DNA of 64,000 nucleotides, taken from contig CALVMU010000001.1 in assembly GCA_944348085.1 (NCBI GenBank), forward strand, positions 1,703 through 65,702, in the 5' to 3' direction. The notes under the pieces are model-generated. The model was not told where the DNA came from. It worked only from the letters and a program-made list of their open reading frames with translations, and ran no database searches. This stretch comes from an uncultured Clostridia bacterium. Lineage in GTDB: Bacteria > Bacillota > Clostridia > Christensenellales > UBA1242. Made by a program: the position numbers and the translations under genes. Positions 15,999 through 26,680 of this stretch are shown here, in pieces (the stretch's first letter is position 1; each line of letters begins with the position of its first letter).

Positions 15999-17141
15999 TT
16001 AAACAATTTTGCATATTTTTATCAGTTGTTCTGTGATAAATGCGTCATCTTTGTCAAATGTCGCACAACCAAACAGAGCGGTTATGTTTGCTCCAGAGCT
16101 GAAAGCTTTGCCAAGTGACAAGATTTTTTGAGCAATTATAATACTTTGAGAAGAATGGTTATACATTTTGTTTTCGTCAACAAAGCAATAATCTAAAACC
16201 CGTATGATATTCATTATATCAGGCACAATCAAAAACACTTTCTGTCCGCGTTCAAGCAAATTTTCGCAAAGATTGATGCAGTCCAGCGCTTTGTTTAAGC
16301 TTTTTGTGCAAGCATCGTCAAATTTGCTTGAAAAGATGTAGCCTTTGGCGTGTTTAAGTTTGATGTCGTCTTCAATTGACGAGTTGAGAGAAAGATAAAC
16401 AATTTTGTAACCGTTTTTTATCGCCTGCTCTTCAAGTCTGTCGAAGGTTGAATTTTCATAAAAATTTTCTTCAACAAACAAGAGGTTTCTTCTTCCAACA
16501 AAGATTTTTTTATTGTCAAAGTCAATCGTTTGATTTGAAATAATTGGCTCACCCAAAACTGCTTTTTTAGGTGAATAAATTGACACCTCTATTCCATTGA
16601 TTTTTGTGATTTGAGATGCAAAAAATTGATTTGAATTGACTTTTTTTGCCTTGCATTCAATTTCGTCACCATTTTGAATAAGCTGAGCAAACTTAAGTTC
16701 TATCGGCAGAAAAATTGCGTTTGAAGAAGAAAAATCATAAAACATATAGAAATCATTGTTTGCACTTTTTCGAGCTATGCCACTAAACATGCCTTCTTCA
16801 TTTGTCGCTTTGCCCATCACTGGCATAACTTGAGCGAAAGCCAAAATTTCGTCATAAGAAACAGGTTTTGCTTGACTTGCAAAATTTTCTTGCATTGTCA
16901 TATTGCTCAAAATGTTGTCAACAACTGCAAGCTTTTTGTATGGTCTGCCCTTTTTGGTAACCACAACATCATCAAGCTCTCCTCTGTATATTCTCTCCAA
17001 AATTCCGTCAATCAGCTCGTCTCGCTTTTTGGTTGTTGGAGATGGCACCCCCACCTCTCTAGCAAGCCCTCTAAGTTCAAAGATGCCAAGTTTTTTGACT
17101 TCAAGTTCAATTCTTTTGTTTTGATTTAAATTTGCAATCAT
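15999..17141 (-). CDS. Rho-like protein: Rho_N and an OB/RNA-binding-like region, with a RecA-like domain lacking the Walker A P-loop
   Basis: LGIFELRGLAREVGVPSPTTKKRDELIDGIL matches Rho_N. GMFSGIARKS..FYMFYD...IFLPIELKFAQLIQNGDEI resembles the Rho cold-shock-like domain. No GxxxxGK[TS] motif occurs anywhere. The start was moved to MIANL (AGGAGAG SD). Confidence 0.55.
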   Translation of the reverse strand: MIANLNQNKRIELEVKKLGIFELRGLAREVGVPSPTTKKRDELIDGILERIYRGELDDVVVTKKGRPYKKLAVVDNILSNMTMQENFASQAKPVSYDEILAFAQVMPVMGKATNEEGMFSGIARKSANNDFYMFYDFSSSNAIFLPIELKFAQLIQNGDEIECKAKKVNSNQFFASQITKINGIEVSIYSPKKAVLGEPIISNQTIDFDNKKIFVGRRNLLFVEENFYENSTFDRLEEQAIKNGYKIVYLSLNSSIEDDIKLKHAKGYIFSSKFDDACTKSLNKALDCINLCENLLERGQKVFLIVPDIMNIIRVLDYCFVDENKMYNHSSQSIIIAQKILSLGKAFSSGANITALFGCATFDKDDAFITEQLIKICKIV

Positions 17142-17312
17142 TTTATCTCTCCTGTAGAAAACTTTTGACAAATTACATAGACATAATAAAACATTTTTGT
17201 AAATTAGTCAAGATTTTTTGTAAAAAATTGCAATATTCGTGCATGTTCGACAAAATTTTTGCTATTTTTGTTGAAAAAATGGCTATTTTTGTAGTTTTTT
17301 TGAAAAAACAAC

Positions 17313-18380
17313 TTAAATGATAAACAAACTTGTCAGCATTCCGCCTGCAACAGCAAACACATAGAGAGCAAGTGTTATCAAAATATTATGCCAAGTTTTC
17401 TTATAGTTTGATGTGAAAAGCACGATAAGTCCAACACCTGCTCCTGCGCAAAGTCCGCCAACAAGTGCCGGAAAATAAAGCACACCGCTCATAAACAGTT
17501 CAACCAAAAAGACTGACGCTGCGCAGTTTGGAATAAGTCCGACAAGGCAAGCAATCAAAACCTGCAAATAGACATTGTTTGTAAACAATACAGACAATGG
17601 TTCAAGCCCACCTGCATAGCCTTCTATCAAATTTATGATAAGGGTTGCAACAAAAACATAGGCAACGATTATTGCGGTATGTTTGAGCGCGTCAAGAAAG
17701 ATGTTTGTGGCACAACAATGACCATGAGCGTGGTTATGTTTATGCTTTTTGCTTTTTTTGTCAGTTTTGCCATGTTCATGTTCTTTTTCATCAGTCACAT
17801 GACTTTCAACCGTCTCGTGAATTTCCTTCTCGTCTGCCCCACAGTCACAATGGTCGCAATCGCAATGTTCGGTATCAGAAGGTGCAGTCTCGATTTTATC
17901 TTCAATTTCCTCTTTTTCGTTTTCAATTTGTTTGTCAAATTTGTCGTGATACTCGTTGAGTTTAATCTTCTTTCTTGAAAAGAGCTTAATCATGCCGTCG
18001 ACAAAATAACCAATTATGATAGCGTATACAAACTTGATAAGAATAAGCCAAAGCATGTCCGGAATAAATTCTGGGTTTGCAATCATAAGTGGAATTGCCT
18101 CGTCGCTTGTTGCAATAAAAACAGCAAAAAGTGTGCCAAGAGTGACAATGCGCTTTGAATAAAGGTCACTCATAACCGACGAAAATCCACATTGAGGAAT
18201 GCAACCTAAAAAAGCACCAACAACAGGACCCGCCTTATTTGTGTGGTGCAAAATTTTTGAATATCTTTGATTGTCGTTATGCGAGAAATAGCTGACTAGA
18301 AGATAGGCAAGATAAAGAATAGGAATCACTATTGCGGTATCTTCTAGCGCATGCAACAAAGAGTGCCAAAAAATTTCCAT
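17313..18380 (-). CDS. Putative 10-TM metal exporter (ArsP_2-like permease) with a His/Cys-rich central loop
   Basis: GCIPQCGFS and LIPNCAAS half-repeat motifs. The loop reads HCDCDHCDCG...HEHGKTDKKSKKHKHNHAHGHCC. Confidence 0.55.
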   Translation of the reverse strand: MEIFWHSLLHALEDTAIVIPILYLAYLLVSYFSHNDNQRYSKILHHTNKAGPVVGAFLGCIPQCGFSSVMSDLYSKRIVTLGTLFAVFIATSDEAIPLMIANPEFIPDMLWLILIKFVYAIIIGYFVDGMIKLFSRKKIKLNEYHDKFDKQIENEKEEIEDKIETAPSDTEHCDCDHCDCGADEKEIHETVESHVTDEKEHEHGKTDKKSKKHKHNHAHGHCCATNIFLDALKHTAIIVAYVFVATLIINLIEGYAGGLEPLSVLFTNNVYLQVLIACLVGLIPNCAASVFLVELFMSGVLYFPALVGGLCAGAGVGLIVLFTSNYKKTWHNILITLALYVFAVAGGMLTSLFII

Positions 18381-18396
18381 TTACATTCCTTTTAGT

Positions 18397-19323
18397 CTAG
18401 TTTGTGATGTCGTCAATTTTCATTTGTTTTGATTTTGCCTTTTTCTTTGGCTTTGCAGGTTCTTCTTCCACCCTCTCAGTCAAGCTTTCGTTGTATTCCT
18501 TTTCCTCTTCTCTCTTCTCTTGAGGCTGGTCTGAAGTGATCACAGGATTTTCTTCAGCACTTTGTTTTGCCTCCTCTTTCACCTGCTTATACTCAGCCAT
18601 GCGTTTTGCGCTTTCCTGTGGTGAATAAAGAATGATGGTTTGCTTGTCTTGATAGTCAATTTCCCCTGCCATGTTTGCAGAAATCAAACTTTTGCCTATC
18701 ATCTCATGAATTTTGCCCTTGTTTAAGGTTGAAATTTCACTGCTGTCAGCAATAAGGTCAATGTTTCCATTGTTGATTGTGCCAATTTTGCCCTCATTTA
18801 AAAGATAGGTTATTTTTCCACTAAGCATTGAAACAAGTTTTGCATTGTTGAAAATTCCAGTGATTTGTCCGTCAATCATTGTGACAACTCTTGCCTTGTT
18901 TCGCACAAACATAACCTCGCCCTCTGTCATAGTTGCAAGTTCTGCCTTTTCGTCAACAAAGCGAATAAATCCACCATTCATCGTTCCAATGGTGCTTTTT
19001 CCACGCACATAGTCAATTGTGCAAGAATTTATTGTTGTTATCGAGCTTTTCCCTTCAACAGTTGTGATTTTTCCACTTTTGAAAAGACCAATCTTGGCTT
19101 TTCCACAAAGCCTGGTGATTTGCCCATTTTCAACCATTTGAACTTTTGCCTTTCCACCAATTTCGCTGAAAGAGCAGTCAAAACTTTCAAGCACAATGGC
19201 ATTTCCACTAAGAGAAACATTTTGACATTTGTTTAAAATATGCACTCCACTTGAGAGTGAAAAGTTTGACTCTTCATCATGAATAATTGGATCAACAACC
19301 TTTTCTTTTCGTTTAAACCACAT
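18397..19323 (-). CDS. Hypothetical protein with ~17-aa beta-helix-like repeats (bactofilin-like periodicity) and an acidic/Lys-rich tail
   Basis: GK(A/S)xI...G.I repeats occur about ten times. The start was moved to MWFKRK (GGAGG SD). Confidence 0.5.
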   Translation of the reverse strand: MWFKRKEKVVDPIIHDEESNFSLSSGVHILNKCQNVSLSGNAIVLESFDCSFSEIGGKAKVQMVENGQITRLCGKAKIGLFKSGKITTVEGKSSITTINSCTIDYVRGKSTIGTMNGGFIRFVDEKAELATMTEGEVMFVRNKARVVTMIDGQITGIFNNAKLVSMLSGKITYLLNEGKIGTINNGNIDLIADSSEISTLNKGKIHEMIGKSLISANMAGEIDYQDKQTIILYSPQESAKRMAEYKQVKEEAKQSAEENPVITSDQPQEKREEEKEYNESLTERVEEEPAKPKKKAKSKQMKIDDITN

Positions 19324-19483
19324 AAAAACCTCCAAAAATGTAAATATACATTATTATATTGCCAAAAATTAAGAAGAAGCAACATAAAACAAGTTTACAT
19401 TTTTCTTTTTACAGTAATAATATATCACAAGTTGAGGCTCTATGCAAACGATTTGAAAAAATTTTAAAAAAGATTGTTAAAAC

Positions 19484-19514
19484 AGTTGACTTGTCAACTA
19501 TGACTGCATATACT
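19484..19514 (+). promoter_or_regulatory. Promoter with an overlapping perfect palindromic operator (likely the MarR autoregulatory site)
   Basis: The palindrome AGTTGAC-TT-GTCAACT (19484-19499) contains the -35 TTGACT. A 17-nt spacer then leads to TATACT (19509-19514). Confidence 0.6.
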
Positions 19515-19534
19515 TAAAAATGCGAGGAAAAACT

Positions 19535-19969
19535 ATGAAAAAAATTTGTTTTCCGCTTAAAAGCGAAATCTTTTCACTTAAAAAATCGTTTGAAAGTTAT
19601 ATGAACGACAAGCTCAAAGCGTTTGAAGTCACAGCTGGACAAACTCAATTTCTGCACATTCTTTACAAAGAAGGCGCGCTCAAACAATCTGCCCTTTCAA
19701 AAATTGCAGAATGCGACAAAAGCTATACTCACCGAATGGTCAGAGAGCTTATGGACAAAAACCTCGTTCAAACTTCTGACGATTTGGTAAATTTGACAGA
19801 ACAGGGAAAAGTTATTGCCAAAGAATTTGATAAGTACTCTTTGTCTTGGCATCAACTTTTGCTGGAAGAAGTTGACAAAGAAGACCTTGAAACCATCAAA
19901 AGAGTTTTAGAAAAAATTTCACAAAAAGCACAAAGAATAATCAATAATATGGAGAAAAAAGATGTTTAA
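19535..19969 (+). CDS. MarR-family transcriptional regulator
   Basis: Winged-HTH pattern (TAGQTQFLHILYKEGALKQSALSKIAECDKSYTHRMVRELMDKNLV). It is the first gene of the ABC exporter operon. Confidence 0.8.
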   Translation: MKKICFPLKSEIFSLKKSFESYMNDKLKAFEVTAGQTQFLHILYKEGALKQSALSKIAECDKSYTHRMVRELMDKNLVQTSDDLVNLTEQGKVIAKEFDKYSLSWHQLLLEEVDKEDLETIKRVLEKISQKAQRIINNMEKKDV

Positions 19970-21713
19970 ACTTTTAAAATACTTAAAAGCAAAAGAATGG
20001 TTTTTGCTCGTTATCACTCTTGCCTTTTTGGCTGTTCAAGTTTGGTGCAACATCACCATTCCTGAATATACTTCACAAATTAGTTTTTACCTAACAATGC
20101 CTGACATATCAGCCTATTGGTCTGAAATCGTTTGGTCGTGCGTGCAAATGCTTTTATTTGTCGTTGGCGTTGTAATTTCCGCATTAATCGCTCAATATCT
20201 TGCTTCAATCGTCGTTTCTTCACTGCTTGCGCGTGTAAGAAGCAAAATTTTTGCTCGCGTCAACGATTTTTCAGCAACTGAAATCAACAAATTTTCAATT
20301 CCATCACTTATCACCCGCTCAACAAACGACATCACTCAGCTTCAACAAGTTTACACTTCAACCATAACCCTTGGACTTACCGCTCCAATGACGGCGATTT
20401 TTGCGATCATAAAAATTGTCGACCTTTCACGCGACTATGGCGCTGGAACACTTTCTTGGGTTAACATTGTTTCTGTGCTTGCAATCATTTTGGTTGTATT
20501 TTTAATCACAATCTTGGTTTTGCCAAAGTTTAAGAAAATTCAAGCAGGAACCGACAGACTCAACATGGTCACTCGTGAAAACTTGACTGGTCTTAAAGTT
20601 GTTCGCGCGGTTGGCGCTGAAAAAGAACAAGAGGCAAAATTTGAGAAAGTCAATTCTCGCTTTGCAAAACTTGAGTTTTTTGTTGATAAAGTTTTGATGA
20701 TTATTGAACCTGCCCTTTCCATTATCATGCAAGGCACATCACTTGCAATTGTTTGGATTATTGGTCTGCTTGCAGGAGAAAACCCACAACTTTTACCAAC
20801 CATTACTGAGTTTACTCAATATTCTATGTTCATCATCATGTCATTCACCTCTCTTTCAATCTTGTTTATGCTTGTTCCTCGAGGCATCGTCTGCGCAAAG
20901 CGTATCAACGAAGTGCTTGACACAAAAACAAGTTTGCAAGATGGAAGCCTTGCAAACGAAAACCCAAGCAAAGGCACAATTGAATTTAAAGATGTTTCAT
21001 TCCGCTATCCTGATGCAGATGCTGATGTGCTTGAAAACATTTCTTTCTCTGTAAAACCAGGTCAAACTGTGGCATTTATCGGTTCGACTGGCAGCGGAAA
21101 AAGCACACTTATCAATCTTATACCGCGTTTTTATGACTGCTCTGACGGCGAAATTTTGGTCAATGGTCAAAATGTGAAAGATTTCACTCAGCATCAACTT
21201 CATGACATCATTGGTTATGTGCCACAAAAAGGTGTGCTTTTCAGCGGAACAGTCAAATCCAACCTTAAATATGGCAAAGAAGACGCAACGGACGAAGAAA
21301 TTGCAAAAGTGATTGACATTTCAGAAGCAGATTTTGTTTACGATTTGCCAGACGGCCTTGACTATCATGTTTCACAAGGTGGCAAAAATGTTTCAGGCGG
21401 ACAGAAACAGCGTTTGTCAATTGCAAGAGCGCTTATCAAAGACCCTGACATTTTGATTTTTGACGACAGTTTTTCAGCTCTTGACTATAAAACAGACAAA
21501 CTTGTAAGGCAAAAATTGAATGAAGAATACAAAAACACAACAAAAGTGATTGTCGCTCAAAGAATTGGAACAATCATGAATGCCGACCAAATCATCGTGC
21601 TTGACCAAGGCAAAATGGTTGGCAAAGGAACGCATAAACAACTGCTTAAAAAATGCAAAGTTTATCGTGAAATTGCCCTTTCACAACTTTCTGAGGAGGA
21701 ACTTGAAAAATGA
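19962..21713 (+). CDS. ABC exporter, fused permease/ATPase (heterodimer partner A)
   Basis: Six-TM domain followed by GSTGSGKST, LSGGQKQRLSIARA and ILIFDDSFSALD. Confidence 0.9.
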   Translation: MFKLLKYLKAKEWFLLVITLAFLAVQVWCNITIPEYTSQISFYLTMPDISAYWSEIVWSCVQMLLFVVGVVISALIAQYLASIVVSSLLARVRSKIFARVNDFSATEINKFSIPSLITRSTNDITQLQQVYTSTITLGLTAPMTAIFAIIKIVDLSRDYGAGTLSWVNIVSVLAIILVVFLITILVLPKFKKIQAGTDRLNMVTRENLTGLKVVRAVGAEKEQEAKFEKVNSRFAKLEFFVDKVLMIIEPALSIIMQGTSLAIVWIIGLLAGENPQLLPTITEFTQYSMFIIMSFTSLSILFMLVPRGIVCAKRINEVLDTKTSLQDGSLANENPSKGTIEFKDVSFRYPDADADVLENISFSVKPGQTVAFIGSTGSGKSTLINLIPRFYDCSDGEILVNGQNVKDFTQHQLHDIIGYVPQKGVLFSGTVKSNLKYGKEDATDEEIAKVIDISEADFVYDLPDGLDYHVSQGGKNVSGGQKQRLSIARALIKDPDILIFDDSFSALDYKTDKLVRQKLNEEYKNTTKVIVAQRIGTIMNADQIIVLDQGKMVGKGTHKQLLKKCKVYREIALSQLSEEELEK

Positions 21714-23557
21714 AAAAGTCAAAAACAACTTTAAATCAAGAGGTTGTGACAAAAGAAAAATCAAAGAAAACCAAACAAAAAACGGCAGTCCACTCTGCCC
21801 ATAAAGCAAAAGATTTTCGCGGAACAACCAAAATGTTATTTAAAAACCTTGGCAGATACAAAGCACTTTTGATTGTTGCTGTCATTTTTGCGATTTTGGC
21901 AACCGTTTTAAACATTGTTGGCCCAAGAATTTTAAATGAACTTATGACGCTTATCTTTGGACAAAACTATCAGCTTTCAGAAATCACGAGATTTGGACTT
22001 TTGATTGTTGGAATATACATTCTTGCCGCCATTTTGAATTATTTTCAAGGTTATTGCATGTCAAAAGTTTCTGTTCAGCTTTCAAAAAAGCTGAGAAGCG
22101 ACATTATAAAGAAAATCAACCGCCTTCCACTCAACTACTTTGACAGACACAGCTATGGCGATGTTTTGTCAAGAGTGACAAACGATGTCGACACTGTTGG
22201 CAACACTTTGCAAAGAACACTGTCATCACTTATCACTTCAACTGTCACAATCATCGGCATTCCAATCATCATGTTCACATTAAACTGGCAACTTACTCTT
22301 GTTGCTCTTCTTCAAATTCCAATCGCGCTTATAACAATTTTTGTGGTTGTAAAAAACAATCAAAAATATTTTGTAAGACAGCAAAAATATCTTGCTGATG
22401 TTGATGGCTATGTCGAAGAAAACTTCTCAGCTCACAATGTTGTAAAAGCTTTCAACGCAGAGGCAAAATCACAAAACGAATTTGACAAAATCAACAACGA
22501 GCTTCGTGTTTCATCCAAAAAAGCACAGTTCTTCTCAGGCATTGTGCATCCACTTGTTGTCTTCTCAAGCAACTTTGTTTATGTTCTGATTTGCCTTGTT
22601 GGTGGCTATATTGCCCTGCAATCAAATGATGGAACTTTTCTTGCAACAATTATCACCTTTATGACATATACAAAATTGTTTAACCAACCAATTCAACAGA
22701 TTGCTTCAGTCTCATCCACACTTCAATCAACCGTTGCCGCTGCTGAGCGAGTTTTTGAGTTTATAAACGAAAAAGATGAGCCAGATGAAAGCGAAAAATG
22801 CTTGACAATTGACAAAATAAAGGGTAAAGTAGAATTTAGAGATGTATCTTTTGGATACACCCCTGACAAAGAGATAATTCACAACTTCAATTTCACTGCC
22901 CTGCCAGGACAAAAGATTGCCATTGTCGGTCAAACTGGTGCTGGAAAAACCACGATCGTCAACCTTTTGATGCGCTTTTATGAGGTTAATAGCGGTCAAA
23001 TTTTGATTGATGGCATTCCAACTGACCAAATGAACAGAACTTATGTTCGTTCGCTGTTTGGAATGGTTCTTCAAGACACTTGGCTGTTTGAAGGCACAAT
23101 ACGAGAAAATATTGCTTTTGGCAATCCAAACGCAACAGATGAAGAGATTGTTAAAGCTTGTCAAATGGCAAATGTTGACCACTTTATCAGAACAGAGCCA
23201 AAGGGCTATGATATGGTTCTCAGCGAAGACACAAGCATTTCAGCAGGTCAAAAACAGCTTATGACAATTGCAAGAGCGATGGTTCAAAATGCACCTATGC
23301 TTATCTTGGACGAAGCTACAAGCTCGGTTGACACAAGAACAGAAATTTTGATTCAAACAGCAATGGACAGACTGACAAAGGTAAGAACAAGTTTCGTTAT
23401 TGCTCACCGCCTTTCAACCATCAAAAATGCAGACCAAATCATTGTTATGAAAGATGGAAACATTGTTGAAATTGGAAAGCATGACGAACTTCTTAAGAAA
23501 AATGGCGCATACAAAGAACTTTATACAAGTCAATTTGAAACTGGCGAAAGTTTCTAA
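21710..23557 (+). CDS. ABC exporter, fused permease/ATPase (heterodimer partner B)
   Basis: GQTGAGKTT, SAGQKQLMTIARA and LILDEATSSVD. It overlaps the upstream gene through ATGA. Confidence 0.9.
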   Translation: MKKSKTTLNQEVVTKEKSKKTKQKTAVHSAHKAKDFRGTTKMLFKNLGRYKALLIVAVIFAILATVLNIVGPRILNELMTLIFGQNYQLSEITRFGLLIVGIYILAAILNYFQGYCMSKVSVQLSKKLRSDIIKKINRLPLNYFDRHSYGDVLSRVTNDVDTVGNTLQRTLSSLITSTVTIIGIPIIMFTLNWQLTLVALLQIPIALITIFVVVKNNQKYFVRQQKYLADVDGYVEENFSAHNVVKAFNAEAKSQNEFDKINNELRVSSKKAQFFSGIVHPLVVFSSNFVYVLICLVGGYIALQSNDGTFLATIITFMTYTKLFNQPIQQIASVSSTLQSTVAAAERVFEFINEKDEPDESEKCLTIDKIKGKVEFRDVSFGYTPDKEIIHNFNFTALPGQKIAIVGQTGAGKTTIVNLLMRFYEVNSGQILIDGIPTDQMNRTYVRSLFGMVLQDTWLFEGTIRENIAFGNPNATDEEIVKACQMANVDHFIRTEPKGYDMVLSEDTSISAGQKQLMTIARAMVQNAPMLILDEATSSVDTRTEILIQTAMDRLTKVRTSFVIAHRLSTIKNADQIIVMKDGNIVEIGKHDELLKKNGAYKELYTSQFETGESF

Positions 23558-23584
23558 AACATAAGGAAAATAAGGAGGGAAAAG

Positions 23585-25711
23585 ATGAGCGAACTTGAAA
23601 TTAATCATGTCTATAAAGACTACAAACTGGGCAACAAATCAAAATTCAATGCACTCAATGACATCAACATTTCATTTGAAAAAGGTGAACTGGTTTCAAT
23701 CATTGGTGAAAGCGGAAGCGGAAAAAGCACATTGATGAATTTGATTGGTGGGCTTGATTCTGACTATACTGGCGAAATCAAAATTGGAGGAATTGACCTT
23801 AAAACTTTCAAAGAAAAACAACTAGACGATTATCGAAAGAAGAAAATCGGCTTCGTTTTTCAATCTTTCAACCTTATCCCTCACCTTTCCATCCTTGACA
23901 ATGTCACAATCGCCCTCACTTTAAGTGATGTAAAAGAAAGCGTAAAACTTGAAAAGGCAAAAACAATTCTTGCAAAACTTGGACTTGAAAATCAGCTGAA
24001 GAAAAAGCCAACACAGCTTTCTGGTGGTCAAAAACAACGCGTTGCCATTGCAAGAGCGCTTATCAACGACCCTGACATCATTTTGGCAGACGAACCAACT
24101 GGCTCGCTTGACAGTGCCACAACATTGCAAATTCTTGACATTATGAAAGAAATTGCAGATGACGGCAAACTGGTTATCATGGTCACACACTCAGAAAAAG
24201 TGGCAAGCATCTCTTCTCGCGTTGTAGAACTTGCAGACGGCAAAATTATTCGAGACGAAATCAAGCCGGATTATCAGAAGAATGAACATAAAGATAAATT
24301 AGTTGAAGAAAAAGCTGAAGAGACAACTGAAGAAAAAGGTGGCAACAAACCTAAAAAAGAAAAACACCTATCAGTTTACTCAGCCGTAAGGCTCTCGTTA
24401 CATAACATGTGGGCAAGCAGAACCAAAAACTTTTTAATGGCTCTCGGCGTAACAATTTCGCTTATCTCAATGATTTTGATGCTGGCTTTTGGCTCTGGAC
24501 TTACTGGCTACATCGACTCGCTTGCGCAGTCATATTCAAACCCAACGATTGTGACTGTCAATAAAGTTGATGAAATGGCAGACGACCCTTCAGGCGGTAT
24601 GGGCGGACTTGGCGGAGAAATAATGAGTCTATTAAATCCAACACCATTTACCGATGAAGAAATCCCACAAATTATAGAAAATATAAACAGTGCTCTTGAA
24701 GAAAAATATCCAAACATAGAATATCGTGTTTCACAAGATGACATAAAATATGGTTTTTCTGCAGCAACTGGTATTACAAAATCTGCATCAATCAACTTTA
24801 CTGTTGATGGCGAAGAAAAATCTTCAAACATCTTCTATCTCTACACCACTCCTCCATATTACACAGAAGAGCAAATGCTTGCTGGTGAGCTTGCTGGTCA
24901 ACCAAAACTTGATGAAGAAAGTGGTGAAATGCTTGGCGAAATCATGGTATCAGCAAAAATTGCAAGCGAAATGGGACTAGAAAATTATGAAGATGCAATC
25001 GGTCAAATAGTGACTGTGAAAGCGTCTTATGGTCAATTTCCAAATGCAATTAGCATCGAACAAAAATGCAAAATCACGGGCATTGTTGATGTAAGTATGT
25101 TTGAAACTATGCTTGTTGCCTATCTTGATTATGACTATTTTGACAGCATGGTAACAGCAAATGGCGGAACGCTAAGTCCAACTTCACTCTACATTCAAAC
25201 AGACAGCGAAGCCACAACCGACACAATAAACCTTATCTTATCAGGCATGCAAGGCTACACAGGTTCGGTGGAAAATCAGATGGCAAGCATGTTTACTGAA
25301 ATGTTGTCGACCTTCTCAATCGCACTTGCAATCATCGCAGGAATTTCACTTATCGTGGCAATGATTATGATTTTGGTTGTTCTCTATATGAGCGTTTCAG
25401 AGAGGACTCGCGAAATTGGCGTTCTCAAATCAATTGGTGCAAGAAAGCGCGACATAAAGAAAATCTTTACAACAGAAAGCTTCTTGATTGGTCTGTTTAG
25501 CGGACTTGTCGGAATTGTGTTTGCTGGCGTTGTTGGCGGACTTCTCGTGCTCTTGTTCAACTCAATCTTAGGCTTTGCACCGCTCTCGTTCCACTGGTAT
25601 TACTTCTTGCTTGCACTTGGGCTCAGCGTTGTGATAAGCGTGCTTGCTGGGCTCTACCCTGCATCCAAAGCTGCAAAACTTGACCCAGTTGAATCACTCA
25701 GACATGAATAA
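23585..25711 (+). CDS. MacB-type ABC transporter, fused ATPase and FtsX-like permease
   Basis: The N-terminus has GESGSGKST, LSGGQKQRVAIARA and ILADEPTGSLD. A large extracytoplasmic domain follows, and the C-terminus is an FtsX 4-TM domain (RTREIGVLKSIGA). Confidence 0.85.
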   Translation: MSELEINHVYKDYKLGNKSKFNALNDINISFEKGELVSIIGESGSGKSTLMNLIGGLDSDYTGEIKIGGIDLKTFKEKQLDDYRKKKIGFVFQSFNLIPHLSILDNVTIALTLSDVKESVKLEKAKTILAKLGLENQLKKKPTQLSGGQKQRVAIARALINDPDIILADEPTGSLDSATTLQILDIMKEIADDGKLVIMVTHSEKVASISSRVVELADGKIIRDEIKPDYQKNEHKDKLVEEKAEETTEEKGGNKPKKEKHLSVYSAVRLSLHNMWASRTKNFLMALGVTISLISMILMLAFGSGLTGYIDSLAQSYSNPTIVTVNKVDEMADDPSGGMGGLGGEIMSLLNPTPFTDEEIPQIIENINSALEEKYPNIEYRVSQDDIKYGFSAATGITKSASINFTVDGEEKSSNIFYLYTTPPYYTEEQMLAGELAGQPKLDEESGEMLGEIMVSAKIASEMGLENYEDAIGQIVTVKASYGQFPNAISIEQKCKITGIVDVSMFETMLVAYLDYDYFDSMVTANGGTLSPTSLYIQTDSEATTDTINLILSGMQGYTGSVENQMASMFTEMLSTFSIALAIIAGISLIVAMIMILVVLYMSVSERTREIGVLKSIGARKRDIKKIFTTESFLIGLFSGLVGIVFAGVVGGLLVLLFNSILGFAPLSFHWYYFLLALGLSVVISVLAGLYPASKAAKLDPVESLRHE

Positions 25712-25761
25712 AAACAAAAAGCAAAAAAGCATTAACCTTTCGTTAATGCTTTTTTTAATAT

Positions 25762-26679
25762 TTATTTTTCAGCTGTTTTGGTTTTGCTTTTGGTTTGCTT
25801 TGGTTTTGCAACACTACTACTCGCTCTTTTTACTTTTTGCGATTTTTTAACAGTGCTTTTAGCCTCTATAACTTTGTTTTCTTCAAATTCTTGAGGCATT
25901 TCTTCAACTTTTTCGATTTGTTTTAATTCATCGATTTGTTCTGTTTTTGGCTCGTTTGATTGTTCTTTAATTTGTTCTTGCTGATCGACAATCATCAAAG
26001 CCTCTTCCTTTGTCAGTTGCTTTTCAATAAAGTTTATACCCAAAGATTTTTTAGAAAACTTGCCAATCAAAAAGTGGAAGAAAAATATTGCTGCACCAGT
26101 TGTGTTGCAAACAAGGTCAAGCATTGTGTCGCCAACAAGTGGCTGATTGACGCCAGGCAATTTTTCGCCTTGCATAGTTTGGTTAAACAAATTGTCTGCA
26201 CCCCACTCAAAGATTTCCCAAAGCACTTCAATGGCAAGTGAGAAACAAAGGCAGAAAAAGGCGACCAAAACAACATTCATTTTTTTGTAGTTGCCAAGCC
26301 TTGAAATCACAAAAATTCCACACATTGCAACCAAATAGCCCATCAGGATATGGATGACGATGTCATACCAGCTTACAAGATAGTAAACATTCAGCACCGA
26401 GCCAATAAGCCCTGCAAAGATAAGATAAATTTCGATTGAAAGAAAGACAACATTGTTAAATCTTCGTCCAAAAATCATTTCAATCACCAGCGGAACAAGA
26501 GCAAGAAGTGCTATGCAAATGGCTGGCACAATTCGATTGTTTGGGTCATAGACAAAGCCATAATAGAAAGCAAGTGCAACGCATGTGAGGCAAAGCGCAC
26601 CCATAACAACAAGATTGACAATTCTAAAAATTTGGTTTTGTTTGTGAAGGCTTTTAAAAGCCGTCCAATTTTTTCTCAT
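25762..26679 (-). CDS. Polytopic membrane protein with a Lys/Glu-rich C-terminal tail
   Basis: About 7 hydrophobic segments. No confidently recognised family. Confidence 0.5.
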   Translation of the reverse strand: MRKNWTAFKSLHKQNQIFRIVNLVVMGALCLTCVALAFYYGFVYDPNNRIVPAICIALLALVPLVIEMIFGRRFNNVVFLSIEIYLIFAGLIGSVLNVYYLVSWYDIVIHILMGYLVAMCGIFVISRLGNYKKMNVVLVAFFCLCFSLAIEVLWEIFEWGADNLFNQTMQGEKLPGVNQPLVGDTMLDLVCNTTGAAIFFFHFLIGKFSKKSLGINFIEKQLTKEEALMIVDQQEQIKEQSNEPKTEQIDELKQIEKVEEMPQEFEENKVIEAKSTVKKSQKVKRASSSVAKPKQTKSKTKTAEK

Positions 26680-26680
26680 A

